A stretch of 64,000 nucleotides of DNA from Chrysomallon squamiferum (taxonomy: Eukaryota; Animalia; Mollusca), in assembly GCA_012295275.1 (NCBI GenBank), contig CM022674.1, positions 4,650,001 to 4,714,000 on the forward strand. The letters are read 5' to 3'. Position 1 is the stretch's first letter. The number at the start of each line of letters is the position of its first letter. Shown here piece after piece: positions 12,433 through 25,340 of this stretch. The notes below the pieces were generated by a model. That model worked only from the letters and a program-made list of their open reading frames with translations. It had not been told where the DNA came from and ran no database searches. Made by a program: the position numbers and the translations under genes.

Positions 12433-15400
12433 CACGCCAAGAACACAGGCCTCTCCATTCTTCAATGGAACGCTCAAGGCCTTCACTCAACAGGCCACGG
12501 ATACGAATTACTACACTTCCTGGCCACCACTACAAACACACCGGACATAATATGTATTCAAGAAACATGGTGGGACATTTCAACAAAAACAACAAAACAA
12601 CAAAAACCTTTAAGGTCCCCGGGTACCAAAATCATTACGTCAACAGATACAACAGCACCCGGGGAGGCATCATGACTCTCGTCAAACAAGACATTCCACA
12701 CACCAAACTGAACCAAGCCAAAGTTCACGCCAACATAGGAATACTAAGCATCACAATACACAACAACAATCAAAACATCGACATCATTAACGTATACAGC
12801 CCACCCACTCCCGCACTACACACCATTCAAACCCACGACTTAAACCAAAGGATCACAACAAAGAACAAGGTCATTATAGTGGGCGATTTCAACTGTCACA
12901 ACACCCTATGGGGTGGCTCGACAGACGACAGCCCTAGAATCGTCCTCGAAGATTTCCTAGAACAAAACCAGCTGGTCTGTTTGAACGACGGAACATTCAC
13001 ATACACTAGCGACATCAATGGTGGCCAAACCGCCATTGATGTAACATTCACAAGCAAGGACATCGCAGCACTCTCCGAATGGCAAGTGCTCGATGAGCTA
13101 AACAGCGACCACCACCCGATACTCACCAACTACAACAGCAAGAACACCTTCTCGGACAGATCCATCTTCACACCGAAATGGAACTTCAACAAAGCGGACT
13201 GGGAAGGCTTCTACAAAGCATGCAGAAACATCAACACGCAGAACCCAACGACATCGACGCCTACTGCGCATCACTCACCAACACGATACACTCCACTGCA
13301 ATCAGATACATACCCAAAACCAGAAAATGCACCGGCAAAATATCCACTCACTGGTGGACGGAACACATAGAAAACAAATTCAAGGAGAGAAACAAATACA
13401 GAAGACAGTATAAAAAAGACAGAAATCATTCTACGCACGAAAAATATAAAATATCAAAAAAAAGAAGTTTCCAACCTAATACTCACAGCGAAACAAGAAC
13501 ACTGGGAACTTTTTTGCAACAACATCGACCACAAAACATCAGCCAAAGACATGTGGGCCAAAGTAAAAAACATTCAAGGAAAAAAAACCCACAGAATCAA
13601 CACTCTCGGCAAAAACAACATCGCATTCACCGACAAGCAAAAGCGGACCTACTCAGCCAAACCTTCGCCAAGTCCAGCAGCAATTCGAACTTCCCACTGA
13701 AGTTCGCAAAGAAACCACTGGACAACCAAGCAATCGGCGAACACTCCGCAGACACAGAAAACAGGAAATACAATCAACTATTCAACATCAGTGAATTAAA
13801 ACATGCACTCAAAAACAAGAAAAGTACAGCCACGGGGCCAGTTAAAATAAGCTACACAATACTACAACACCTACCAGACGAAACACTACTCGTCATACTC
13901 GAACTTTACAACGCAATATGGACCACCGGCAAGATTCCAACAAACTGGAAACACGCCGAATGTTTCAGCTTGCCCAAACCACACAAAGATCACTCACTAC
14001 CCAACAGCTACAGGCCGATCACGCTGACTTCACACATGTGCAAAACATTGGAAACAATTATCAACACACGCCTGAACCAGCATTTAAACGACAACAATTT
14101 AATCAGCAAATTTCAAAGCGGCTTCAGGAAGAAACACAGCACAAACGACCAGATCACACGCCTGCAAACATCAATTAATCAATCTTTTCGAAAATCAAAA
14201 AAAGTCATAGCAGTTTTTTTTAGACATTGAAAAAGCATTCGACATGGTATGGAGGGAAGGACTGCTAGTTAAATTAATCAACAACAACATCAAAGGCAAC
14301 ATGTTCAACTTTATCAAAGACTATCAACAACAGAACCATAGCAGTCAAAGTAAACGATCATACCTCAGAGAAAACGACAATCGAAAACGGCATCCCCCAA
14401 GGATCCGTGATCTCGCCCACACTCTTCAACATCTACATCAACGACATCGTCACAGCACTCGACCAACAAGACAACGCCAGAAATCCGCCAAAGGAACCGA
14501 TAAATACAGCACTCTTTGCAGACGACAGCGCCTTTTGGCGGGCAGGAAGATCGACCGCAGCAATACAGAAACAAATACAAAAAGACTTAAACAACATAAA
14601 CGATTGGGCGTTGAAATGGGGCATAAAGATTTCTCTTTCGAAAACGACGTGCCTCCTTTTCAACAAGAAATCAGACAACAGCAAGATCACACTCAACATC
14701 GACAACAACGTCATAACACAAACAAAAACATTCAAATTTCTAGGTGTGACATTCGACAGTCAACTCAACTTCCGATGCCACATACGCAACATAATTGCAT
14801 CCTGCAAAAAAACAATCAATCTTCTAAAGTTAATTTCTGGAACCAGTTGGGGAGCAAACGAGTCAACGCAGATTTTGATACACAAAGAGTGTATTCTCTC
14901 CAAGCTCGACTACGGAGCCACGGCTTACTCGAATGCTCCCAAACTCTATTTAAAAAAACTACATATAATTCAATCAAGTGGCCTCAGGGTGATCGGCCAC
15001 CTGCCAAACACAACACCATCCGACAGCCTCCTGTCGGAATACAGCATCCAATCATTAAAATACAGAAGAAAACTGCAGCTACTAAAATATAACCTGAAAA
15101 TACACACACTCAACACAGACCACCCGGTCAAGGATCTGGTCCCCGACGAACAAAGGATAGGACAACTCTTCAAATCGCATAGTCTACTACTATCGAATTT
15201 CCCGACAACAGCTAGCGAAATCGAAAGGGAAACAGGAATAGGTGAAATGCCACTGCCGGCATACCACAAAGAAACAAAACCGACAATAAACACACCTTTC
15301 CTGATCAAAAGAGAAACTGACAAAACAGAGATCCAACCGTTCAAAAAAATCATTTTTTTGGCAGCAGCAAACGACCACTACAAACAACACACGCACATCT

Positions 15401-16264
15401 ACACTGACGGAACCAAAACCCCAGACAACGGGAGAGTAGGATTCGCCTTCATAGCCCAAGATCACACAAACAAACCCACATGCATACAATTCGGCCGTAT
15501 CAGAAATCACCTTTCGGTATACACGGCCGAGTTGGTAGCCATCATCAGAGCCATGCTGTGGGTAAAACACAACAACAATAAACACACAGTCATTTTCTCG
15601 GACAGTCTAAGTTCCGTGATCTCAATAGAATCCGGAAGTTCCAGCAGACCAGACCTGCTCAGCAAAATACAACAACTACACGAGGAAATACAACACAACA
15701 AGAAAGAACTAACCATCGAGTGGCTCCCAGCACACGTCGGCATCATCGGCAACGAACTTGCCGACCATTACGCCAAAGAGTCACTCAGCATTAAAGACGA
15801 AGACATCTGCACAGACATACATTACGGAATAAACGAAATTGTCTCCATCGCTGCCAAACATTACGACAAACAATGACAAAACGAATGGAACAACACTAAA
15901 AACAAATGGCACTTAAACATCAAACCACTCGCCAAAACACCCAAAATCACACTCACCAACAAACTACACAACAACAATCTCACCAAAGCCAGAATTGGTT
16001 ACTCAACCAGCCTAAACGCAATTATATACAAACATAACATCACCACATCACCCAATCTGCAGTTGTGGACTCTCAGAAACCATGAAACACTACTTGTTTC
16101 ACTGTCCAAATTTTGCCAAGGAAAGACAAGCACTACGCAATACATTGGAGGAACTAAAAATCGAGTTCACGCTCCAATACATCCTGGCACCAAACGTGAA
16201 AGACAGAGAGTTCGTCCTCGCTGCAGTAACAAATTACATTCTCAAAACAAAACACAAACTTTAA
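12433..16264 (+). pseudogene. LINE ORF2 (APE endonuclease-RT-RNase H-CCHC), split by several frameshifts and a stop
   Basis: APE motifs: LSILQWNAQGL, DIICIQETW, IVGDFNCH, IDVTF, SDHHPI. RT motifs: YRPITLTS, QSGFR, DIEKAFD, GIPQGSVISPTLFNIYIND, LFADD, FKFLGV. RNase H motifs: IYTDGTK, AELVAI, IFSDSLS, WLPAHVGIIGNELAD. C-terminus: CSCGLSETMKHYLFHCP. Pieces lie in ORFs 12465-13370, 13178-14230, 14407-15876 and 16082-16264. Confidence 0.92.
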
Positions 16265-17745
16265 ACCTTTTTTTTTTTTTTTTTTTTTGACACGAAAACA
16301 AACAACAATTATTTAAATCTATTGACTTGCGGATTGATTGGTTGAACAGCTGATGAATCTACGGATGAATCGGCTGATTGACGAATCAATTTGAATGGCC
16401 AATTAAATTAATAATTAAAAAAATTATAAACGTACTATACGAACCCACTTTCAGACACTTCTAACCCGGTTATGGTGTCTTATTTCAATTTAATTTTTTT
16501 TTTTTTTTTTTTTATTATTTTATTTTTTTTTTTTTTTTTTTTTCCTAGCTTCAGAATTTATAACATCTTTTAAATTAAAATAAAATGTAAATAAGTTAAC
16601 TACATTTATGTTCTTATTTGTTTTATTTGCAGGTTTTTTTTATATCTTTTAAAACAATAAAAAGACCATTGGCAAAAAAAAAAAAAAGGTTTGGACTACC
16701 TGGACCAGAAGGGGAAGCAGCAAAAAAATAAACAACAACAGCAGCCAAAAAGAAACAACGACAGCAGCCAAGAGCAGAACAACCAGGACGACAAACAACA
16801 CGGACCCGGTGATGGCTGAGAGACTGTGCCGGAGATCACGGGGGGGCGAATTGCGGCTGCGAAACACCCGTACCGACTCGTTACGATCCGATATGCTGGA
16901 CACTCCCTTGTGTCCTGCAATCGTGGCGAGAACCCATTCTTTTCCCTAACAATACCTATAATAATCAGGTAAAGACGTACCTCTTGTGTTGAGTTTTGCT
17001 GTTTTACTTTCTTTTTCTACTGTATCTGAATAACAATAACTGAAATAATAGATCATCCAATTATTAATGTTGATGTTTCTAAATAATATTTTACAAGATA
17101 ATTTTTTGTAAAAGCTGATCGTGCCTGTCCTACCTGCAAAGCGTAAAAGTTTAGTCGAAAACGAAACAGGAAGTTCATAATAATCATTATTATTTTTATT
17201 GTAATTATTATTTTTTATTATTATTATTATTCTGTTTTATTTTATTTTATTTATTTTTTTATTTTTTTTTTATTTTTGCCTTTCTTTTCAAAATTTATCG
17301 GAAAAAATAAATAATAATTTAATAGTCGGACGAAATATCACGGATTTTAACGATTTTATCCGAACATATAAGAAACTACCTTTTCCGTTTTATTTTTTAT
17401 TTGTATTTTAATTTTTTAATTTTTTTTTTTTTTTTTATTTTTATTTTTATTTTTTTATTGTTCATTTATTTATGGGACAAGAACGAGGCGTTACTACCGA
17501 TGTTTATACTATTTATTATTATTATTGTTGTTGTTGTTGTTGATTTTGTTGATGTGTTGTTGTTACTAGTGTTTCCATTATTTATCTGTTGATATTGTTA
17601 TCGTTATCAGTGATGGTATTATCGTTATTCTTGTTGTTAGTCACTATTTACATGTATTTTGTCAGACATAACGGCGTTCGGAATAATTTTACAATTTCAT
17701 TACTCTTGCTATTACTATTTTTTATATTTCTCTTACTACCTGTTC

Positions 17746-17778
<33 letters not shown>

Positions 17779-17916
17779 TATTAATATCAATAATACTAAT
17801 TCTGTATTACAGCTACTGATATTACAATTACTGCAGCTAATGTTACTCTTACTTTATTATTAAAGTAACGATAAAAGAGCTTTGTAAGACCAGTGCTTGC
17901 AGTATAAACGGGATGG

Positions 17917-17951
<35 letters not shown>

Positions 17952-18319
17952 GGGCACAAAACAGTCATTCGAAAAAATAAATTAATTTAAAATAAATAGT
18001 GAATAAATACTACTACGAATTAAAATAATAACAATTTTACTACTCCTGTCTACTAAAAATAATTTTCAAAAATCCGAGTTCCGTAAGCATTCCTGAGGCG
18101 AAAATCTAATTACGAGAGACAGACATTATCACTTGAACCATGTCCAGTTTGGTAAAGCTAGCGGTGAATGTGAATGACCTGTTTTGAACAGCCGTTCCTG
18201 CCTCGTTTCCGTTAACCAATCGGATGATTTTGTTGTTGCGAAGTCGGGATGTTCGTGTTGATCGGAAAGCTGACCATAACAGATTATATTCTGAGCCTAT
18301 AAGGAGAAACATTTGAACT

Positions 18320-18558
18320 TCAACTTTTCTGCGACGGACACGCCCGCTGACCTGTCAGAAAGCGTGCCCGTCGCAGACGTGCTTCACAACAGCTTGCTCT
18401 GATTAGCACGTTAATGTTTTTCCTATACCTATTCCTTCAACCCATACGACGGACACACCCGCTGACCTGTCAGAAAGCGTGGCCGTTCGTAGACGTGCTT
18501 CACAACAGCTAGCTCTGATTAGCACGTTAATTTTTTCTTTTTTTTTTTTCATTCATTC
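18320..18558. mobile_element. ~240-bp insertion made of two ~116-bp hairpin-rich units with a T-rich/(TTCA) end
   Basis: Absent from the paralogues at 8515 and 10425, which read TTTGAACTCTAACC. There is a possible 3-bp target duplication (ACT), and each unit has two inverted repeats. Confidence 0.55.
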
Positions 18559-19159
18559 ACTCTAACCAATGCTTTTGTTTGTCGAGTATATTCAGTAAGT
18601 ATATCAGTGTTTATTGGTTAGCGCACGTGATAGATTTATTTCGACTACTGATCACCAGCGAGAAGACATCAGTCTAGTTTCATTCAAAAAGCAAGACAAG
18701 TGTTTAGATTTCGCTCGTGTGAAACTGATTGTACTGATAACGGCTCTCTCTCTAGGTTTGCAGTTAAATTATTTGGTTTTTCTCTTGCTGGACATAAATT
18801 TATTAACATTTCATTTCTAGTAAATATTTTCACTGACCGCAACCGTTTAAATATAATTTGGCATGTGGTTATAATTTAATGCCAAAATTTTTCTTAGTTA
18901 TGCGTAATACATTCCTGTGAACAAAGAGGTCTGTCTGTCTTATTTACATACTATACAGCCGACTGTTGACAGTATAGTGTGATGCAGAGATTCAATCCAG
19001 GATTTTACCTGATTTTATTTATTTAATAATAAATAATACACATTGGCTGTACACCTTTTTTCAGATTTACAGAAAATATTTATTTTCATTTTTTTCTGAT
19101 TTACAGAACTATGACACATTTGTTTTTAGTGTAGGCCTAATTGTTATCTTACAGATTAC

Positions 19160-19223
<64 letters not shown>

Positions 19224-19308
19224 TTTATTATTTATTTATTTATTTATAAATATTCTCCTTAATTTATTGACATATTTATCTTAATATATATTGCTTTTCT
19301 TCACTCAG

Positions 19309-21155
19309 AAATGAGTCAACATCTTCAGAAACTGGGTAGAAGCTGATATTCTTGCTCTGCTGGTATTCTCCAGAGGTAACTGTTTTCACAACAAGTTTCG
19401 TTATAAACTACAGCTTATTTCCTGGAGTTATTACTTCATGTGTTATAGATAAGAGGATCAATCAAACCTTAACAGTTAGCACCACAGTTTGACACACCAG
19501 TGGCCCTTGAATGAAAGTACTTATAAAATCTACCTGATTTTTCCTGTAAACTATCAGTGTTATCTATTGAGTCTTGTTTGGCACATATTTAAGGTATCTT
19601 TATACATTTTTATTATTTATTGTTCTCCTTCCAGAGTCATGATTATCATTTTACAAAGATAATTTTAAATTAACGTTTAATCCTTTCTTCTTTTTCCTTA
19701 TTTTTCCTATATTACTTTATAATTTTGATACATAATTTATTCTTATTATTATTGCTGCTACTACTACTACAACTACTACTACTACTATTACTACTACTAC
19801 CACTATTAATATTATTAATATTGTTTATTTATTTATTTCTTAGTAATAATGATTATTTAATAACCAGATTACAGGTGAGGCTGTATAGTGATGGGAAGTT
19901 ACTGATTCCTGACAAAACAAACCTCGAGATTGTCGATGACTGGCCTCTTCATACCACACACAAAGTTCACTTCACCAAGCTTGTTGTTGGTGCATGCTGG
20001 CAAGGTAATTAAATTTATCACTCATGTTTTTGTCCTCAGATCATGTTGTTTAATGACTAAGAATAAATATTTGCTTTTGTTCTTTTTATCATTATTTGCT
20101 TCCTTGTTTGCTTTCTTGCTTTCTCTCTTTCTTTCTTGCTTTCTTTCTTTCTTTTTTATTCTGCTCACCTGACAAACCTTTGAGGTTTTACTTTGCATCT
20201 TCCTCCTGCTGCTTCTGTTTTCATTTTAAAAGCTGATGCTTTCTTACAATTACCAAGAAAATAAAATAAATCAATAAATAAATAGATGTGAATAGAATTG
20301 TGACCATACTTTCCTTAGCTCACTCTCTGTCTTAATTATTACAAAGAGAAGTTAATCTTTTGTCCCAATTTGATTTTCTTTTTGTTTTCTTTCTTTTTTT
20401 TAAAGTTATTTCTGTATTAAACATGACACTTCTCATTACTATGAATTTTCCTTATATTTATTTATTTATTTATTTATTAAATTAGGTGGAGAGCAGAAAT
20501 TTGACCATGCCTTCCATGGTCATCATGGTGGTTTGTCTCTGCTCAAAGACAAGACAGAAAGCAACATTGTCATCAAGTGTCTGAACAACTGCAAGGAAAA
20601 TCTTGATTTCCATGCTGTCAGTGCCATACTTTTGTCAAAAATATTCTGTATTTATTCAGTATTTTTTAAACATCTTTTATTTGTTTCTTTTCTAAGTACA
20701 GTATTAACTAATATGAAAACCTAAAGATAAGCATATGTCTGGGCACTACAACTGTGATGCCATCAAATACAAGGCAAACCAGTTCTGGTCTAACCAATTA
20801 TTTTAATGAATATACAAATAACCATGATTTCTTTTATTTACTATCTAAAAAGTTTTGAAAAATTCATAAATAAAGAAACGAGGGGAAATGAGTTTTGACA
20901 AGACTTTTTACTTATTGATTTTATTTCTCTCTATCTGCCAGTAAACCTCAATATATGACCTCATCACTGTTTTCTCCCCCACAGAATCAACAGAAGCCAA
21001 GTTCAATCTGAAGGACAAATTCTTGCTGGATACATGTACTATCAAGGCTAACCCTAAACTGAATCTGTTTTATGAACACCTCTCACTGCCCACCCATCTG
21101 ATGGAAAACCAGGGACTTGGGTAGAGTGAAACCAATGATGGAGTAACCATTACAA
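19309..21155 (+). pseudogene. CLSTN: Calsyntenin pseudogene fragment (degraded exon ~19309-19375; exons 19875-20004, 20486-~20617, 20985-21155)
   Basis: Reads VRLYSDGKLLIPDKTNLEIVDDWPLHTTHKVHFTKLVVGACWQ|GGEQKFDHAFHGHHGGLSLLKDKTESNIVIKCLNNCKENLDFHA and ESTEAKFNLKDKFLLDTCTIKANPKLNLFYEHLSLPTHLMENQGLG*SETNDGVTIT. The DxPLH..LVVGACWQ, CLxxCKExLD and LDTC motifs are diagnostic of calsyntenins. There is an in-frame TAG at 21122, intervening exons are missing, and no cadherin or transmembrane exons were found. Confidence 0.85.
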
Positions 21156-21979
21156 GTAAATGATCCAACTCTTACTTCAGGTTGTGACATAAACTAAAAT
21201 ACAAAATATTTATTTGTCTCAAGTAGGGAGAAAGATTAAACTGCCTCTTGGTAATCAGAGCAAATATTTAGTCTGCTGATTTCAGAAAATGGAAAATGAA
21301 CAATAATATTCATTTGTTAATCACTAAGATACCAAAAAGAAATAATGAAAACAAAATTGTGTAAATGAAGATTAACTTCTTCACTAGTTCTTAATAAAAT
21401 CAAAATAATAACTAGCTGAACATTAAATTGTGAAATCTGTTAATAAATATATTATGATTTTTATTTACAACATGAAGCTTTTAAATTCAGTTAAGTCAAA
21501 TTAAGAACTGAATAAATTAGAGTAAAAACATTAGACCAACTACAAAATCAGTATAAAACATTAAGAATAAAAATTATAAAATGTGACATAAATATACCTA
21601 TTAAAATATAAAAATTGGCTTTGATAAGTGAAAATCATGGTGCTGTTTACAAATGAACAAACCAAATGTATATCAAAAACTAAACTCATGCTCTCTGCTT
21701 CATGCCGGGCCAGTTTAGAAGTGATAATAAACAGTTTGTCATTGCCAAGTTTCCTTTGAAAATGTGCCAAAACAAAGACTTTTAGTGAAATATATAAAAA
21801 TGACAATGAGAAATCAGATAAAATGTATGTGATTTTCTTTTTATATACATGACTGTAAACTTATTTGTGTATTTTCTATAACTTGTTTTAGTCTTTTGCA
21901 TAAGTTCTATTGAAAAAAAAAACCTAATCTGTATAATGTTGAATCACACTTTATTGACAATGTTATTCGTTTACTTTTA

Positions 21980-23060
21980 ATATTTATAAATTTAACACCA
22001 GTTAACTGTCACCATAAGAATGTGTTGAATTTGTATTTTATTAAATAAATACTGGCATATTTTAGAAATAGAAAATGATGTTCATATTACAATTTCATAA
22101 ATACAAAAAATTGTTATCAGACTGATTTCATTTTTGAAAAAAACAACAACAAAAAAATCAAACAAAGGAAGTACATTGGTTCTGTTTGATATTTAAAACA
22201 GAACTGTGGACAAATATGATTTGCTTATCAATTTAATCACTTTTTTATTTCACAGTATTTTCAGCAACTGTATTGAAATTACAAGAAATTTAAAACTGAT
22301 TGCAAACATCCCAAAGACATGATGAATATTCATACAACTTGGCAATGATGTTGTTATTCTGTTTCATTTGGAGAACTAAAACTACCTCCAATTTGTTTTT
22401 TCTTTTAACAAATCTAAAAGTATTTATTACCTTTCTTATTTTCTTTATTTGAACGAGATTTAATATTTGATTTTACCAGTATTAATTAGTATTTTGCTTG
22501 TTAATTCATTTATTATTTATTATAAATTTAACACCAATTAACTGTCACCATAAGAATGTGTTTAATTTTTATTTTATTAAATTAATACTGGCATATTTTA
22601 GAAATAGAAAATAACCTGTCAATGATGTTCAGATTACAATTTCATAAATACAAAATATTGTTATCAGACTGATTTCATTTTTGAGAAAAAAAACAACAAA
22701 AAATCAAACAAAGGAAGTACATTGATTCCATTTGTCATTTAAAACAGAACTCTGGACAAGTATGATTTGCTTATCAATTTAATCACTTTTTTATTTCACA
22801 GTATTTTCAGCAACTGTATTGAAATTTCAAGCAATTAAAAACTGATTGCAAACATCCCAAAGACATGATGAATATTCATACAATTTGGCAATGATGTTGT
22901 TATTCTGTTTCATTTGGAGAACTAAAACTACCTCCAATTTGTTTTTGTTTTTAACAAATCTAAAGTATTTATTACCTTTAAAATTTTATTTATTTGAATG
23001 AGATTTAATATTTGATTCTTCCAGTATTAATTAGTATTTTGCTTGTCAATACATTTAGGG
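21980..23060. repeat. Local tandem duplication of ~540 bp (21980-22510 / 22520-23060)
   Basis: The block TTTATAAATTTAACACCA...GTATTTTGCTTG occurs twice here and once in the paralogue at 745-1265. Confidence 0.85.
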
Positions 23061-24102
23061 TTTTTTTAGGGTTTTTTTTTCTTATTATTTTTTTATTAGT
23101 CAGTTTTAATCTATTACTTTATTTAATTTTTTCTGAATACTTTTTAACAAACCTGTTATATCACTTTTTCTTGACAAATAATAACAGTAAATAAGGCAGT
23201 AGTTTTATGATTACATTACCATCATCAAAAGTAGATATTTTATACAAGCTAGATATTAGAACAAGAACCCACCGAAAAGTCAGTTTTTAACAATAGTTTT
23301 TTATTGTTGTTATTTACAGTTTTGGTAGTTGTTTTTTTTTGTTGATATTATCACTTCTCTTCTGGCCCGTGTTGTAAAGTGTGTGTGGTGTCACAGGAAG
23401 GAAATTATAAGTCTGTTGTATATATTGTCTTCCTGTCAATAAAGCTTACCACACTAATATTGTGTTTTTGTTGTTCTTCCTGCTGCTGCTATTTCTTAAA
23501 CTTGTACATGCCTGATAAGATTTTAGCATTTAAACAGATTTGAATGATCATGATAAATTAATTTTAAAATGTGTAGATATGGCTAATTCAAGTATATTTT
23601 TGAAAGTGGGGAGTTTTTTTTTTTCGTTCCTTGATATTATTTTGAAAGAAGATACCATAGTGACCTCCCTTATCAATTTATATACTTTGTTTTATATGAG
23701 GTTTTGCAGTAAATTGTATTAATATATTGGTATTTAATTTTAAAAAGCATTGAATAAAAAGTATTAAATTTTCTTGTGATAAATTGTAATTTAATTTGGC
23801 TTGATCGATGTGTTACTGTATCCAATTTTAGGTTAATTTCTGACTAAATGTGAATTACTATGTCTTTACTGAAATAAAATAAATTAGTATCATATTGGCA
23901 TTTCCTGAAAGTGCGTATTGAACGCTGTTCTCAATGACGGCAAACTCATATTTATGTTAAACATTTTTATTGGATACAAAAATATCAAATTTAATGATAA
24001 TTAAAAACAAAAATAGTGGCATGTCAATGAGTAGTCAGTGTTTAGCAGCCTTTTCATTATTGAGTAATACTGAGTCTTCATTCTCCTCCTTTGCACTTTC
24101 CT

Positions 24103-24605
24103 TCTGAAAATAAATAAATAAAGTAACATAAGTAAACTATTAGTAGGATTAAATGAAGGTAATGAGCTAAAACAATGCTTCTGATGATATCAGGATCTCG
24201 AATACTGGCATAAATGTACATGTATAGAGACCGACAAGCAGAAAAATACAGAGGCAATGCAAAAAGAAGACGACAGATAGCCAGTTAAGAGATAATTATG
24301 AGACGGTCAACTAAAAATACAGACAGAGGGATGGCTAATGAAATAGAAATAAAGAAAAACACATTGATCGAATGAAAGATAGAGAGCCAGAAAGACAGAC
24401 GAAGCTACATGGAGATAAAAAGGAGATAATGAGATGTACCGATACGACAATTTAAGTACACACAACTGATAGTGAAACCTACCAATCTGAGCACAAATCC
24501 ATATTATCATCGTCATCGTAATTCTGTTGCTGATCAGTAGTAACACTTTCATTACTTTCATCACCTGCAGCCACAAAAAAATAAACAAATAAACAAGCAA
24601 ACAAA

Positions 24606-24636
<31 letters not shown>

Positions 24637-25100
24637 TAATGCACAAAATAAAAAAAAATTATTAGTAAAAACAAAAATAAAAATAGCAGCCAAGTTAGAA
24701 ACATATTGAAAAAGAGACAGAAAACAGGTAGAAATGAAGTTTAGACCAGTCTGAAAGTGGAGAATGAAAGAAGAAAGAAACAGTCAGACTAACAGAAAGA
24801 CACAAATCCTTTGAGAGAAAAAACTAGATTAGGGTATGAAATTATTTTATCATAAACAAATTAATCATCGTACAGAAAAATTTAGATGGATAGAATATGA
24901 AAGACAGACAAAGTGCATGGGTGGAAACATAGACACAGATAATGAGATACACCGATACGACAGTTTAAGTATGAGAGAGACAAAGAAACACTATTAAAAC
25001 CCACCGTTTCCGTTGTCGTCACAGTCGTTATCTGCCTCAGAAACGTCTTGGTTTTGTTGCACATCAGCAGCAACGTTTTGATCTGCTTCAACACTCAGAG
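24103..25100 (-). pseudogene. Headless CARD-only gene copy (acidic tail exons 25100-25005, 24564-24483 and last exon from 24103; CARD exons absent)
   Basis: Close paralogue of 2295-3625. Exons read SLSVEADQNVAADVQQNQDVSEADNDCDDNGN and GDESNESVTTDQQQNYDDDDNMDLCSD, with TG|A forming a stop across the last junction. Homology stops at ~25340, where the CARD exon-2 donor would be, and switches to calsyntenin-derived sequence. Confidence 0.7.
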
Positions 25101-25340
25101 CTAGAAATGAATACAAAAAATGATTAGTAATAAGAGAAAAAAAAAAAAAAATTATCACGGAGAAATTAATCATTGCTCGGAAATATTAGCAATAATAATA
25201 ATAATAATAATAAAAACAACAACAACAAACAAAAAAAACAACAACAACAACTATAACAGTGTGTCTAAAACAATAACAGTGTGTCTAGAAATAATATTTC
25301 AGTTAATTTATTAAGCCTCAGTAGACCTACTTTATGATAC

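Larger units (their letters stand above)
11870..16946 (+). mobile_element. Non-LTR retrotransposon (LINE, I/Nimb-like, RNase H-containing), 5'-truncated and frameshifted
   Basis: Contains an ORF1 remnant with zinc knuckles, then ORF2 with AP endonuclease, reverse transcriptase, RNase H and a C-terminal CCHC, then a ~680-nt 3'UTR. The sense strand is strongly A/C-rich. Boundaries come from comparison with the element-free paralogue at 6300-7300. Confidence 0.93.

Noticed and set aside
12054-15752. Antisense and alternate-frame ORFs over the LINE, and similarly over the GPCR and 35974-36405
   Set aside because: They are shadow frames of real coding sequence and have no motifs.
16345-16400. Hammerhead-like core CTGATGA-ATC(TACG)GAT-GAAT in the LINE 3'UTR
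   Set aside because: It has GAAT instead of GAAA, no convincing stems I/III or UH site, and sits in a degenerate TGAA/TGAT repeat.
19309-21155. A functional calsyntenin gene
   Set aside because: There is a frameshift, an in-frame stop and deleted or truncated exons, and no cadherin, transmembrane or cytoplasmic exons in the window.
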